Positions 43,823 to 54,497 are shown, numbered from the stretch's first letter. The stretch is DNA of 64,000 bases from Thermoproteota archaeon (GCA_027491915.1 JAOZGC010000002.1:384001-448000); one strand, 5' to 3'. Translations and numbers: made by a program. Notes: a model not told the origin generated them from the letters alone.

Positions 43823-45082
43823 TTATAAACCCGGCCCGGCCGCCGGGGAGGGGGCGCGGCGCCCGCCCGGCCGCGCGCCGTCTTTCACCTCCCCCCTGAA
43901 CAGGAGGTAGAAAGCCGCCACGTAGGCGCAGTAGGTCAGGCTGGTCGCGTAGATGGGAACGTCCAGATCGATCCGGTCCATCAACAATCCCCCGACCTGA
44001 GAGGCGACGGAGTTGGGGAGGGCCCAGGCCACGGCGTTCACGGCGGTCACGGACCCCCTCTCCTCTTCCGGGGTCAGCCTCATCATCAGGGCCGACTGGA
44101 GCGGGTTGACGGCGTTCATCAGGACCTGCCTCGGCAGGTACAGGGCGGCCGCGGCCGCGAAGCTTGGGGCGCTCGGTATGGCGGCCAGCAGCGGGATGGA
44201 GGCGGCCTGCGGCAGGACTATGGCCTTGAGGATCCCGAACCTCCTCGACAGGGGGGTCGAGAGGAGGTAGGCCGCGCCGACGCTCAGCTCGGCCATGGTG
44301 AAGAGGGTCCCTATGGGACCCGACTCAACCCCGAACTTGACGCTGAGGTAGTACCCTAGGAGGGGGATGCTCATCCCGGCGCCGAAGGAGACCAGGGCGC
44401 TGCTGACCGCGAACTTCCACGCCACCCTCCGGGCCCTGAGCCCCCTCAATCCCCCCCTCCCCGGCGCCGGCCTGAATCTCTCCCTGACCGGCAGCAGCGG
44501 GATCGCCCCCGCCAGCCCCAGGGAGCCGGCGACCAGCACCATCCTCCTGTAGGACTCCAGGTAGGTCCCGCCGGCCGCGACCCAGATCTCCGGTATCCAC
44601 CCGGCCAGCCCGCCGGCCGCGAAACCCGCGCTCCTGATCGTGGAATCCAGGCTGTACGCCTCTTCCACGAGATCTCCGGCCGCCTCTGCGAACAGGGCGT
44701 TCGACGCCGGTCCCGATAGGGCCCACCCCATACCCTCCATGGCGGCCGCCGCCATCAGGAACGGCAGGTCCACCCTCCACCACAGGACGAGGCCGGAGAG
44801 TGTGGAGAGGGAGTACCCGAGGAGGTAGAGCCTCTTCCTGCCGACCCTGTCCGACAGGACGCCCAGGGGCAGCATGAGGGCCCCCGAGAGGATCCCGGCT
44901 ACCAGGGAGTAGGTGCCTATCGTCGTGGCGGTGTACCCCGCCTCCTTCAGGTAAAGCTGCCAGAAGGATCCCCACACCCCCCAGCCGACGGACTGCAGTC
45001 CGCCGGCCGCTATCAGGAGTTTAGAATCCCTCCCCAGCCTGCCGTACCTCGCCGCCTCCTCCCGCAGCCTCCTCAATGCCAT
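43823..45082 (-). CDS. MFS transporter
   Basis: GVLSDRVGRK; about 12 TM segments. Confidence 0.85.
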   Translation of the reverse strand: MALRRLREEAARYGRLGRDSKLLIAAGGLQSVGWGVWGSFWQLYLKEAGYTATTIGTYSLVAGILSGALMLPLGVLSDRVGRKRLYLLGYSLSTLSGLVLWWRVDLPFLMAAAAMEGMGWALSGPASNALFAEAAGDLVEEAYSLDSTIRSAGFAAGGLAGWIPEIWVAAGGTYLESYRRMVLVAGSLGLAGAIPLLPVRERFRPAPGRGGLRGLRARRVAWKFAVSSALVSFGAGMSIPLLGYYLSVKFGVESGPIGTLFTMAELSVGAAYLLSTPLSRRFGILKAIVLPQAASIPLLAAIPSAPSFAAAAALYLPRQVLMNAVNPLQSALMMRLTPEEERGSVTAVNAVAWALPNSVASQVGGLLMDRIDLDVPIYATSLTYCAYVAAFYLLFRGEVKDGARPGGRRAPSPAAGPGL

Positions 45083-45168
45083 CGGGGAGCCCCCATCGGC
45101 CCTCAGGAGGGATCCGCGACCAAAAGTTTAACGGCGTGACCCCGGAAACTCCCGACGGGGATGGGCAT

Positions 45169-45486
45169 ATGCCCATGGCCGAGGTGACCGTGATCCCCCT
45201 GGGTGTCGGACCCAGCGTCGGCCGCTTCGTGGCCGAGTGCCTCAGGCTGGTCAGGAGGTCGGGCCTCAGGTACAGGCTCACCCCAACCTCCACGGTCATA
45301 GAGGGGAGCCTGGACGAGATCTTCGCCGTCGTCAGGGAGATCCACGAGGTACCCTTCTCCCTGGGCGCTCCCAGGGTCGTGACCGTGGTCAAGATAGATG
45401 ACAGAAGGGACAAGCCGGAGGACATGGATTACAAGATCAGGAGCGTCGAGGAGAGGCTGGGAGATGCCGACGCCGATGCCGCTTGA
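45169..45486 (+). CDS. MTH1187/YkoF thiamine-binding family protein
   Basis: AEVTVIPLG..PSV, TVIEG, RVVTVVKIDDRRDK. Confidence 0.88.
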   Translation: MPMAEVTVIPLGVGPSVGRFVAECLRLVRRSGLRYRLTPTSTVIEGSLDEIFAVVREIHEVPFSLGAPRVVTVVKIDDRRDKPEDMDYKIRSVEERLGDADADAA

Positions 45487-45955
45487 CGTCCCGCCGGATC
45501 TCCTGAACTACTCGGTCAGGGTGCTGGCCGCGGCCCTCATGGGAGGCGTCGTGGGATGGGAGCGGAGGACCCAGAGGAAGCCGGCCGGGCCCAGAACGCA
45601 TGCCATAATAGCCGCCACCTCGGCGGCCGTCATGCACGCCGCCTCTTCCGTCTTCCCGGCGGACGCCGGTAAGATGATGGCGGCCCTGGTTTCGGCGACG
45701 GGGTTCATAGGGGCCGGCGTCATCATAAGGTCCGAGCTCAGGGTGGTCGGCGTCACCACGGCCGCCACGCTGTGGGGGGTCACCGCCCTGGGCATAATGT
45801 CCGGCATGGGACTGGTGGCCCACGCCGCCGTCCTGTTCGCGGTCGTCCTCCTTCTGTTGGAGCTGAAGCAGCTGGTGGGAGAGCGTGAAGGCGGCCCCTC
45901 GGTCGAGAGAAAACCCACCGGAAGAAAAGAGGGAGGAGAGGAGGGGAAGGGATGA
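45464..45955 (+). CDS. MgtC/SapB-family membrane protein
   Basis: GWER..KPAGPRTH, GFIGAGVI, GVTTAATLW. Confidence 0.88.
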   Translation: MPTPMPLDVPPDLLNYSVRVLAAALMGGVVGWERRTQRKPAGPRTHAIIAATSAAVMHAASSVFPADAGKMMAALVSATGFIGAGVIIRSELRVVGVTTAATLWGVTALGIMSGMGLVAHAAVLFAVVLLLLELKQLVGEREGGPSVERKPTGRKEGGEEGKG

Positions 45956-45992
45956 GGGATCCCGCGGGGGCGGGCGGGGGGCGACCCGCTGA

Positions 45993-46913
45993 TCATCCCC
46001 CTCCGCCGCCGAATCCGGGCATCTCCGAGGGCGGCGCGGGCGGCCTGAACAGGCTGTCCGGCGCGGATCTCTGGACCGAGGTGGCCTCCATCTCGACGGA
46101 TCCGCCCGAAGACTGGCCCTTGAAGTAGGTCGGTATCCCGTCTCCCGTGAAGCACGCCTCGCTTCCCGTGCTCTCCCACGCGTAGCAGTAGGACGTCTCT
46201 CCCGCGTATATCCTAGTTCCGATGTAGACCGGCGTCTCCGTCTGGCTCTCCTTCCTTGCCTCGCCGACCGGATCCACGTAGTAGGTCTGCTGCTGAGACT
46301 GGGCAGCCCTGTAACACATCCACCCCTGGCCGGGTACCATGGTGCACTGGACGATTCCCTCCGGGGTGGATATCATCATGAACTGGACGGGCTGCCCCTG
46401 CGCGGTCGTGCTAATCTTATACATGATCTTGCCTCCCTTAACGGCCAGCTCCATGGTACCCGAGGTGCTCTGCCCCTCCGAAGTTCCCGTGAAATCATAG
46501 GTAACCCACCACTCGCGACTCCCCGATAGGAGCGACGCCAGATCTGGTCCTCCCTGCTGCCCTTGACCTCCTCCCTGCTGCCCTTGACCTCCGGCTGGCG
46601 GTGGCGGTGGAGGGGGAGGGGGGTGAGGCCTGGCGTGCTGGCCGCCCAGCCCCGGTATGAGCCCCGCCATTCCCGCGGCCCCGACCACTATCAGGACGAG
46701 CCCGGCCGCCGCGACGGCCATGCCCAGCTTGGCCCGCCCCCCTCCGGATCTGGCCGATTTGGATCTCGCCGCCACCCCAGATTTTCCCCCACTCAACCTG
46801 GACTCGTACTTCCTCCTCATGGACTCGTAGGTCTCCCTGCTTATCTTGCCCTGGGAGTAGGCCTCGTCCAACCTCCTTATGAGGTCCTCGACCCTCTCGC
46901 CTCTCTCAGGCAA
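45993..46913 (-). CDS. Single-pass membrane protein: SHOCT-like N-terminus, Pro/Gln/Gly linker, LolA-like beta domain
   Basis: LDEAYSQGKISRETYE, TM, poly-Pro, GQGQQGG twice, C-terminal PDSLFRPP; TTG start at 46913 downstream of a TATA. Confidence 0.65.
   Translation of the reverse strand: MPERGERVEDLIRRLDEAYSQGKISRETYESMRRKYESRLSGGKSGVAARSKSARSGGGRAKLGMAVAAAGLVLIVVGAAGMAGLIPGLGGQHARPHPPPPPPPPPAGGQGQQGGGQGQQGGPDLASLLSGSREWWVTYDFTGTSEGQSTSGTMELAVKGGKIMYKISTTAQGQPVQFMMISTPEGIVQCTMVPGQGWMCYRAAQSQQQTYYVDPVGEARKESQTETPVYIGTRIYAGETSYCYAWESTGSEACFTGDGIPTYFKGQSSGGSVEMEATSVQRSAPDSLFRPPAPPSEMPGFGGGGG
46549..46590. repeat. 21-bp tandem duplication in the linker
   Basis: CCTCCCTGCTGCCCTTGACCT twice. Confidence 0.85.
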
Positions 46914-47118
46914 GGCCCGTCTCCCCCTGAGATAATCTTGGAGGCGACCAGGATATAAGGGGTGTGGATCATTGTTCTCTGCCAGGGACCGCTGGGAAAG
47001 GAACGGAGCCCCGTCCCATCCAAACGTTACCCACATCTGCCGAAGAAGCCATTAGATGTTTCTCCATCTTTCCGGGAATCCGGACCACGTTTAAATTCAT
47101 CCGGGTGGGTTCAATGGT

Positions 47119-48423
47119 GTGAACCTCGTCGTCTGGATCCGGCGGGCATCCTGGGCGGCCGGGGTCGCGGGCCTGCTGATCACCATCCTGGCCCCCGGGT
47201 GGGTCTCAGAACCTGGCCCGCCCGATCCAGCCCGGCTGACCTCCGGAACGATCCTCCTAATCTCCACCGCGGCCGCCTTCCTGGCGGCCGCGAGGACGGT
47301 CGGCACCCCGGAGTACCACTTCAGCCCCTGGGGGCTCGTGCCGCCGGGCACCTTCCTGCTCCTCTCATACTCGGTCATGAGCCTCTCCGGGGCCCTCTAC
47401 GACAGGCCGCTCTGGTCGGGCCTCTACCTGGAGCACGCCCTGATGGCCGCCGGCCTCATAGCGATCGGGGTGGGCGTCAGGGGGTGGGCCGAGGTCATGT
47501 CCCCCAGGCCCAGGGTCGCGGGGACCGGGCGGATCCTGGCGGCCGCCGTGGTCTCGCTGGCCATGGTCGGGGCCATCCTCACGGCCACCGCCTGCCTGTA
47601 CTCCGGGGGATGCGGGATCAGGAAGAACGTCCTCCCAGAATACTTGATCATGGACCTCGTAATGTTCACCCTGTCCTTAGTGATGGCGGCCTGGCTGCTT
47701 AGGTCACCCGTCCTGTCCAGGTTTCCGGAGTCATTCTCTCCCCTGATATCGATCTACATCCTCTTCCCCCTGATGTCTCTCCTCTCCGTGGCGGACGACC
47801 TGATAGACATCCCGGGGGCCCAATCCGAGATGGCCATGATGTTCTACTACTTCCTGGCGCCGCCCCTCCTGGCGGCGGGAATCTTCTCCACGGCCCCAAA
47901 CGTCCGGGCCGCCGGCGACCGGGTCGGGGACGGTCCCTCGCTGACCCTGGCAGAGATATGCCCGGAGTGGAGGGACGCCGAGGGAGAGCTGGAGTTCCTC
48001 AGGTCGGTGTCCCACGGCAGGGTGATACTGCTCGTGTGCCACGCCGGCAGCCCCCTGATGAGGGCGGTCGAATCCTCCGACCTGCCCAGGACCGTGGCCC
48101 TGATGTCGGCGGGCGTGGACCACCCGGAGATGGTGGCCCCTCTAACTTTCAGGGTCGCCCCGGAGCCGGCCCAGATAATCAACCTGATGGAGAGGGTCAG
48201 GAGGTCCTCCGGGCCGCTGACCCTGGTGGTGGACAACCTCACCGACCTGATAACCCTGGGCGGGGTCGAGTCCACCTACAAGGTCGTCAGGGTGATCCTG
48301 GAGGAGCTCCGGGAGTCGGACGCCGCGGTCTTCCTCATGGCCCCGGCGGCCCACGACGGGAGGGTCGTCACCACCTTCAGGCTCCTCCTCCCGCAGAGGG
48401 TGTCCCTCTGCCCGGCTCCCTGA
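47119..48423 (+). CDS. Polytopic membrane protein with C-terminal DUF835/KaiC-like domain
   Basis: About 8 TM segments; LVVDNLTDLITLGG..AHD; same architecture as 17747-19102. Confidence 0.65.
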   Translation: MNLVVWIRRASWAAGVAGLLITILAPGWVSEPGPPDPARLTSGTILLISTAAAFLAAARTVGTPEYHFSPWGLVPPGTFLLLSYSVMSLSGALYDRPLWSGLYLEHALMAAGLIAIGVGVRGWAEVMSPRPRVAGTGRILAAAVVSLAMVGAILTATACLYSGGCGIRKNVLPEYLIMDLVMFTLSLVMAAWLLRSPVLSRFPESFSPLISIYILFPLMSLLSVADDLIDIPGAQSEMAMMFYYFLAPPLLAAGIFSTAPNVRAAGDRVGDGPSLTLAEICPEWRDAEGELEFLRSVSHGRVILLVCHAGSPLMRAVESSDLPRTVALMSAGVDHPEMVAPLTFRVAPEPAQIINLMERVRRSSGPLTLVVDNLTDLITLGGVESTYKVVRVILEELRESDAAVFLMAPAAHDGRVVTTFRLLLPQRVSLCPAP

Positions 48424-49594
48424 CCCCGAGCATCAGGGCCGCCGCGGCCAGGGACGTGACGATCGAGTAGGAGAAGGCGGCCGAGGCGCCCCAGCGATCC
48501 CACAGCAGGCCGAAAGCCAGGTTGGCCGCCGCGGTGGCCGCGCCCACGGCCAGGTAGTAGAGGCCGTACGCCGTCCCCCTCAGGGCGCCTGGGGCGAACT
48601 TGGCCACGGCGGCCCTCTGGACCGTCTCGACGGTCCCCATGTAGACGCCGAAGATCAGGGCCATGACCATAACGGTCGCCCGAGACAGGCCCGCCAGGCC
48701 CAGGGAGGAGGCGGCGGCCAGCGTGACGTATCCCGCGGCCAGCGCCCTGGCGCTCCCCACCCTGTCGGCCATCCTGCCGGCCGGGACGGCGGCCGCGGCG
48801 TGGACGAGGTTCATGGCGGCGTATATCAGGGGGACCGCGACGACGGCGAACCCGGCGTCCCTCGCCCTGACCAGGACGAAAGAGAAGCTGTAGGCCCCGG
48901 CCGAGAACAGCGCCACCGGGACGAGGAACCGCGAGAATCCTCCCCTTAGGATCTCGCCGGCGTTTCTGAGTCCCCCCGCCCCCCTCTCGTTCCCCTCCCC
49001 ACCTCTCCTCTCGCTCACGAAGAGGGTCAGGACCACCAGGGCCAGCGCCCCGGGGACTATGGACGCCAGGAAGACTCCCCTCTCCCCCACGACCGGGACG
49101 AGCGCCGCGGCCGCCAGCGGTCCGATCACGGCGCCCATCTGATCCATCGACCTGTGTATGCCGAAGGCCCTCCCCAGGCGCGCCTCCCCGACGGACTCAG
49201 ACAGCAGGGCGTCCCTGGCGGAGGTCCTTATGCCCTTCCCAACCCTGTCGGTGAGCCTCACGGCGAAGGCGCCGATCCAATCCCTAACCAGGGCCAGGGC
49301 CGGCTTTGCGAAGTTGGACACGGCGTATCCGGCCAGGACGACCGCCTTCCTGACCCCGAGCCTGTCGGATATCACCCCGGACGCCACCCTGAGCAGGTAG
49401 TTGACCGCGTCCGCCGTCCCCTCTATCAGCCCCAGAATCGCCCTGCTGGCCCCGAGGTCCTCCACTATGAACACCGGCAGCAGCCCGAGGATCATCTCCG
49501 TCGAGACGTCCGTGAAGAAGCTCACGGCCCCCAGGGCCAGGACGTTCCTCATCCCCCCGGTCGATCCCCCGCCGTCCTCCCCGCCGTCGGGCAT
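48377..49594 (-). CDS. MFS transporter
   Basis: VSFFTDVSTEM, GVISDRLG.RK, DRVGKGIRTSARDAL. Confidence 0.88.
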   Translation of the reverse strand: MPDGGEDGGGSTGGMRNVLALGAVSFFTDVSTEMILGLLPVFIVEDLGASRAILGLIEGTADAVNYLLRVASGVISDRLGVRKAVVLAGYAVSNFAKPALALVRDWIGAFAVRLTDRVGKGIRTSARDALLSESVGEARLGRAFGIHRSMDQMGAVIGPLAAAALVPVVGERGVFLASIVPGALALVVLTLFVSERRGGEGNERGAGGLRNAGEILRGGFSRFLVPVALFSAGAYSFSFVLVRARDAGFAVVAVPLIYAAMNLVHAAAAVPAGRMADRVGSARALAAGYVTLAAASSLGLAGLSRATVMVMALIFGVYMGTVETVQRAAVAKFAPGALRGTAYGLYYLAVGAATAAANLAFGLLWDRWGASAAFSYSIVTSLAAAALMLGVREPGRGTPSAGGGA

Positions 49595-49644
49595 CCCGAC
49601 CCGGGGGAGCCGGTGCTTATTTACCCATCCCTCCCCCGGGCCCG

Positions 49645-50472
49645 ATGGACTTCGGATCCCGCCACTGGCTCCACGCCCTCTCGGCCTACGCCCTGTTTAT
49701 GGCCGCCTGGGTACCCTACAGGTGGATCTGCGGGGGGCTGGACCCGGCGGAGGTGTACCTGATCGACCTGGCGGCGAAGCCGGCGATAACCGCCCTGGCC
49801 CTCTACCCGACCCTGGTGCTCGCCGACCGGGGTGGCCTGCGGGACCTGGGATTGTCGCCGGCCGGGATGCCGCGCCGCTACGCAGCCGGCCTGGTGGGGG
49901 CCGCGGCCATGTGGGCGGCCCACTACCTGCTGATCCCGACCCTCCTCGGGTACCCGCCGGGTCCCCCGACCCCGGATCTCGACCTCGAGAGCGCCCTGCT
50001 CTCCCTGGACATAATCCTGACGGCCGGCCCGATGGAGGAGCTGTTCGACAGGGGGTACGTCTTCCCCGAGATGCTGAGGTCGGCGCGCCCGGGGAGGATC
50101 GGGACCCTGGCGGCCGCCTCCGCCGCCTCGGCCCTCTTCGCCCTCTCCCACCTGCCGATAGACCTGTTCGTCTGGAGGGCCGGGCCGCTGTGGACGGCCT
50201 TCCACATGGCCTCGACCTTCGCGTTCGGTGCGGCCCTCTGCTGGCTCTCCCTGAAGACCGGGGGGATAGAGGCGGCCGTGGGGTTCCACACCGGTTGGGA
50301 CCTGGCGGTGACGATTCTGGTGGTCCCGTCGGTGGTCCCGGGCTGGGCCTACCCGATCAGGGAGGCCGTCGGTCTGACCCTGGGGGTGGCGGCGGCCGCG
50401 GCCCTCTCCGGGGCCCGGGGCGGGTGGCCCCGGGCGCCGAGCCGGGTCAGATCCTCCCCCCAAGGAACATGA
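49645..50472 (+). CDS. CPBP/Abi (type II CAAX) intramembrane metalloprotease
   Basis: EELFDRG, LFALSH, GFHTGWD. Confidence 0.85.
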   Translation: MDFGSRHWLHALSAYALFMAAWVPYRWICGGLDPAEVYLIDLAAKPAITALALYPTLVLADRGGLRDLGLSPAGMPRRYAAGLVGAAAMWAAHYLLIPTLLGYPPGPPTPDLDLESALLSLDIILTAGPMEELFDRGYVFPEMLRSARPGRIGTLAAASAASALFALSHLPIDLFVWRAGPLWTAFHMASTFAFGAALCWLSLKTGGIEAAVGFHTGWDLAVTILVVPSVVPGWAYPIREAVGLTLGVAAAAALSGARGGWPRAPSRVRSSPQGT

Positions 50473-51115
50473 CTATGGCCATGACCATCAGGCCGACCAG
50501 CATCTCGAGGGCCCCGTACAACAGCCTCCCGGCCCCGGATATCTTCCCGAGGTAGACCCCTATCATGAAGAGTCCCGACAGGGTGAGGCCGAAGGACAGG
50601 GGGAAGGCGTACCCGAGCTCCAGAATTCCAGCCTCGGCCGCCGCGAACGGGACGACCGCCAGCATGGAGGCGGCCATGGGGGCCGCCCCGGCCACCAGCC
50701 CTATGACCACGGCGGACAGCCTCATGGCCTTGGCCACCAGGGACCTGTCCAGGTCCATCATCACGGCGGCCTCCATCTCCCTCAGCTGGTGCAGCCTCTC
50801 GGCCCTCTCCGTCATGTAGGTGCCCACCATGGCGGATATCCCTATGGCCACCGCCCCTCCCGTCCCGGCGCTCACCACCAGCCTGGGATCCGGGGTCCCC
50901 GCGGCGTACGCCCCGACCACGACGCCGAGCATGGTCAGCACCCCGTCGAAGGAGTTGGTCACCGCGTATCTCCTTGCTATCTCCCACATCCCGGTCATGT
51001 GGGCGTAGGACTCGAAGCTCTCGTAGACCTCCAGCAGGGAGTCCCAGACCTCCCCCAACAGGAACCTGATCGACCAGAGGCGGCCCCTCCTCCTCTCCCC
51101 GCCCCTCTCCTCCAT
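50447..51115 (-). CDS. VIT1/CCC1-family transporter
   Basis: NSFDGVLT, GTYMTERAE; about 5 TM segments. Confidence 0.8.
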   Translation of the reverse strand: MEERGGERRRGRLWSIRFLLGEVWDSLLEVYESFESYAHMTGMWEIARRYAVTNSFDGVLTMLGVVVGAYAAGTPDPRLVVSAGTGGAVAIGISAMVGTYMTERAERLHQLREMEAAVMMDLDRSLVAKAMRLSAVVIGLVAGAAPMAASMLAVVPFAAAEAGILELGYAFPLSFGLTLSGLFMIGVYLGKISGAGRLLYGALEMLVGLMVMAIVMFLGGRI

Positions 51116-51201
51116 GCCGCCCCCCAGCCGCCCCCCTCAGATATAAGTCGGGCGCGGACGCTCCGGTCGATTTTTTTACGTCCGCCCCCGCCGGCCGCCG
51201 C

Positions 51202-52470
51202 GTGGACGGCCGGACCCAGAGGAGGAACCTGGCCATAATGACGGTCACCTGGGGGATCATGGCCCCCTTCTCCTCCGCCCTATCTACCTACTCCTCCCTG
51301 TACTTCCTGGAGCTCGGGGCCGGGCCGGCCGTCATAGGACTGATAGGCACCGTGTCAGCGGTCACGCTCGCCTTCTCCAGGCTGATAGGCGGATACCTGG
51401 CGGACACCGTCGGCCGCAGGATCCTGATGTCCCTCATGACGGTGGTCTACGGCCTGTCCAGCCTCATATACGCCCTCGCCCCCGACTGGACCTGGCTCGT
51501 CCCGGCCGCCTTCCTCTCCTCCCTGTCCCTCCTGTACCAGCCGGCGGTCACCGCGATGATGGCCGACAGCCTCCCCCCGGAGAGGAGGGGGAGCGGCCTC
51601 TCGGCGGCGCACACCGCGTCTGACGTCGTCGGCCTGGTGGGCCCCCCGGCCGCGGCGGCCCTCGTCGGCGCCGTCGGCCTGGTCCCGGCCGTCAGGATGA
51701 TGTACGTGGGAGACGCGGCCGCCAAGATATCCTCCGGGATCCTCCGCCTCTTCCTGAGGGAGACCCTTCCTTCCAGCAGGAGGCCCACCGTCAGGGGGGG
51801 TCTGAGGGATTATCTCTCGGCGGTAAGGATGCTCAGGGGAGACCTGGGGAGGGCCGTGCTGATAACGGCCGTGGGAGGATCCGTGGGCGCCATGGCCTTC
51901 CCCTTCGCCCAGATATACGCGGTGAAGGTCGTCGGAATATCTCCGGAGGCCTGGGGCATCATATCCACGATCATCGGGCTGGAGTCCACCGCCTCGACCC
52001 TGGTATCCGGGATCCTGGCGGACAGGGTCGGGAGGAGGGTCGTGCTCGGGGCCGGCTACCTCTCCGGGGCCGCGGGCCTGGCGATGCTGACCCTGGTCCC
52101 CAGGGGATGCTTCGCCGGGGTACTCGCCGCCATGGCCGTCGCCGTGGCCGTCGCCTCCTGGCCCTCCTCCTTCGCCATATTCGCGGACCTGACCCCGCCC
52201 GAGGCCAGGGGGAGGATGACCGCCGTCAGGGGACTGATAATGGGGAACCTCCGCGGCGCGTTCTCCGCGGCCGGCGGGGCCGCCTACCAGCTGAACCCGG
52301 CCCTGTCCTTCCTCGCCGGGGCCGCCGGCTACGCCGCGGTGGCCGCCTCGGCCCTCCTCCTGCTGCCCGGCGGGCTACCCCGGGCGACCGGAGTGGAAGG
52401 GAGGGCGATCGATTTATCACAGGGGACGGCCCACCCACACAATGGGAGCCAGGTTCTCCTCCAAGCTTGA
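51202..52470 (+). CDS. MFS transporter
   Basis: GYLADTVGRR and GILADRVGRR; about 12 TM segments. Confidence 0.85.
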   Translation: MDGRTQRRNLAIMTVTWGIMAPFSSALSTYSSLYFLELGAGPAVIGLIGTVSAVTLAFSRLIGGYLADTVGRRILMSLMTVVYGLSSLIYALAPDWTWLVPAAFLSSLSLLYQPAVTAMMADSLPPERRGSGLSAAHTASDVVGLVGPPAAAALVGAVGLVPAVRMMYVGDAAAKISSGILRLFLRETLPSSRRPTVRGGLRDYLSAVRMLRGDLGRAVLITAVGGSVGAMAFPFAQIYAVKVVGISPEAWGIISTIIGLESTASTLVSGILADRVGRRVVLGAGYLSGAAGLAMLTLVPRGCFAGVLAAMAVAVAVASWPSSFAIFADLTPPEARGRMTAVRGLIMGNLRGAFSAAGGAAYQLNPALSFLAGAAGYAAVAASALLLLPGGLPRATGVEGRAIDLSQGTAHPHNGSQVLLQA

Positions 52471-53902
52471 CTCGGCCCCCCTGGCGGCCACCTTCGGGGA
52501 CTTCATCCTCCTCCCGGGGAAGGCCGCCGTGGAGCCGTCCGAGGTGGACCTGTCCACCAGGATCTCCCCATCCATGAGCCTGGCCATCCCCCTGATCTCC
52601 TCCCCCATGGACACCGTGACGGAGGTGGACATGGCCGTCGGCATGGCCAGGCTCGGGGGGCTGGGCGTGGTCCACAGGAACTGCCCGGTCGAGGAGCAGG
52701 TGGCCATGGTCAGGGCGGTCAAGAGGGCCGAGAGCTTCATCATAAGGGACGTCGTCACGGTCGCCCCGGACCAGACGGTCTCGGACGCCAGGGCCCTGAT
52801 GGATGCCAGGGGGATCTCCGGCCTCCCAGTGGTCGCGGACGGGCGGCTGGTGGGGATAGTCACGAGGAGGGACGTGGCCTTCGCCGCAGACCAGTCGAGG
52901 CCGATCAGGGAGATAATGACGGTCGACCCGGTGACGGTGGGGCCCGACGTGACCCCCCAGGAGGCCAAGGCCCTGATGGGCCAGCACAAGGTGGAGAAGC
53001 TGCCGGTCGTCGACCGGGACGGCACCCTGCTCGGCCTCATAACCGCCAGGGACATATTCTCCATGGAGAGCCGGCCCGAGTCCACCAGGGATCGGGAGGG
53101 CAGGCTGGCGGTGGCCGCGGCCGTCTCCCCCTTCGACCTGGAGAGGGCAAGGGCCCTGGACCGGTGGGTGGACGCCCTGTTCACCGACGTCGCCCACTTC
53201 CACAACGAGGCCGCCATGTCCGCTGCGGCCAGGATGGCCAGGGAGGTGTCGGCGGACCTGTTCGTGGGGAACGTGGGCACCAGAGAGGCAGCCGAGGAGG
53301 CCCTCTCCAGGGTGGACCCCGTGGCCGGCCTCAGGGTGGGCATGGCCTCCGGCAGCATCTGCACCACCGGGGAGGTCACCGGGGTCGCCGCGCCCACCCT
53401 CTTCGCCGTGGCCCAGGCGGCCGACGCCGCCGAGGCCCTAGGGTCGGACGCGTCCATAATAGCCGACGGCGGGATCAGGGGACCCGGGGAGGCCGCCAAG
53501 GCCCTCGCGGCCGGCGCCTCGGCCGTAATGTTGGGGTACGCCCTGGCCGGATCCAGGGAGGCCCCGGGGCAGCCCCTCATGTTCGGGGGGAGGATGTACA
53601 AGTTCTACAGGGGGATGGGGAGCCCCTCGGCCAGGCGCAGGAGGTACGCCCTGGACAGGTACTCCAGGCCGTCCAAGGAGATAGCCGAGGGGATAGAGGG
53701 GCTGGTCCCCTACAGGGGGGACCTGGAGACAGTCGTGAGGAAGTTCGTCGCCGGGCTGAGGGCGGCCATGGGGTACGCCGGCGCGTCCAGCGTTCGAGAG
53801 CTCTGGGAGGTCGGGAGGTTCGCCAGGGTGAGCCAGGCGGGACTCAGGGAGATCTCTCCCCACGACGTGAGGCCCCTGGAGTGGCGTCCCGAGGTGGGCT
53901 GA
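52442..53902 (+). CDS. guaB: IMP dehydrogenase with CBS pair
   Basis: SSPMDTVT, two CBS domains, GSICTT, IADGGI, YRGMGS, flap RY, EGIEG. Confidence 0.9.
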   Translation: MGARFSSKLDSAPLAATFGDFILLPGKAAVEPSEVDLSTRISPSMSLAIPLISSPMDTVTEVDMAVGMARLGGLGVVHRNCPVEEQVAMVRAVKRAESFIIRDVVTVAPDQTVSDARALMDARGISGLPVVADGRLVGIVTRRDVAFAADQSRPIREIMTVDPVTVGPDVTPQEAKALMGQHKVEKLPVVDRDGTLLGLITARDIFSMESRPESTRDREGRLAVAAAVSPFDLERARALDRWVDALFTDVAHFHNEAAMSAAARMAREVSADLFVGNVGTREAAEEALSRVDPVAGLRVGMASGSICTTGEVTGVAAPTLFAVAQAADAAEALGSDASIIADGGIRGPGEAAKALAAGASAVMLGYALAGSREAPGQPLMFGGRMYKFYRGMGSPSARRRRYALDRYSRPSKEIAEGIEGLVPYRGDLETVVRKFVAGLRAAMGYAGASSVRELWEVGRFARVSQAGLREISPHDVRPLEWRPEVG

Positions 53903-53915
53903 TCGCCCCCCTCCC

Positions 53916-54482
53916 TCACCTCCTCGCCGCGCGGACGAAGTTCTCCAGTATCCTGGAGCCGAACTCCGTGTGGGACACCTCCGGGTGGAACTGGACCCCG
54001 AAGACCCCGAGGTCCTGGATCTCCATGGCCTGGACCCTGCAGGACCTGCTGGAGGCCGTCACGACCGCGCCCGGGGGAGGCTCCAGGACCTCGTCGTTGT
54101 GGGACTCCCAGGCCACGAACCTCCCGGGGACGCCCTCGAAGAGGGGCGAGTCGGCGATCACCTCCACCTCCACCCCGCCGAACTCCGGCCTCGCGGCCGG
54201 CCCCACCCTCCCCCCCAGGACGTGGGCCGCCAGGTGGTGGGACAGGCATATCCCCAGCACCGGCAGCCCGTGGACGACGTACTCCGGGGCCCGCCCCATG
54301 GACGGGAGGTCCCGGGGGACGCTCTGGGGCCCCCCTCCCATGACGAACGCGTCGGCCTCCACCTCGGAGGGGGGCACGCTCGCCGGCACCAGCCTGGTCT
54401 CCACCCCGATCTCCGAGAGCCGCCTGGCTATCAGGTGGTTGTACTGCCCCCCGAAGGTCACCACGGGGACCAGCATCTCCAT
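53916..54482 (-). CDS. guaAA: GMP synthase glutamine amidotransferase subunit
   Basis: FGGQYNHLI, PVLGIC, SHNDEV, GVQFHPEV. Confidence 0.9.
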   Translation of the reverse strand: MEMLVPVVTFGGQYNHLIARRLSEIGVETRLVPASVPPSEVEADAFVMGGGPQSVPRDLPSMGRAPEYVVHGLPVLGICLSHHLAAHVLGGRVGPAARPEFGGVEVEVIADSPLFEGVPGRFVAWESHNDEVLEPPPGAVVTASSRSCRVQAMEIQDLGVFGVQFHPEVSHTEFGSRILENFVRAARR

Positions 54483-54497
54483 CCCCCCGCGGGTCGG

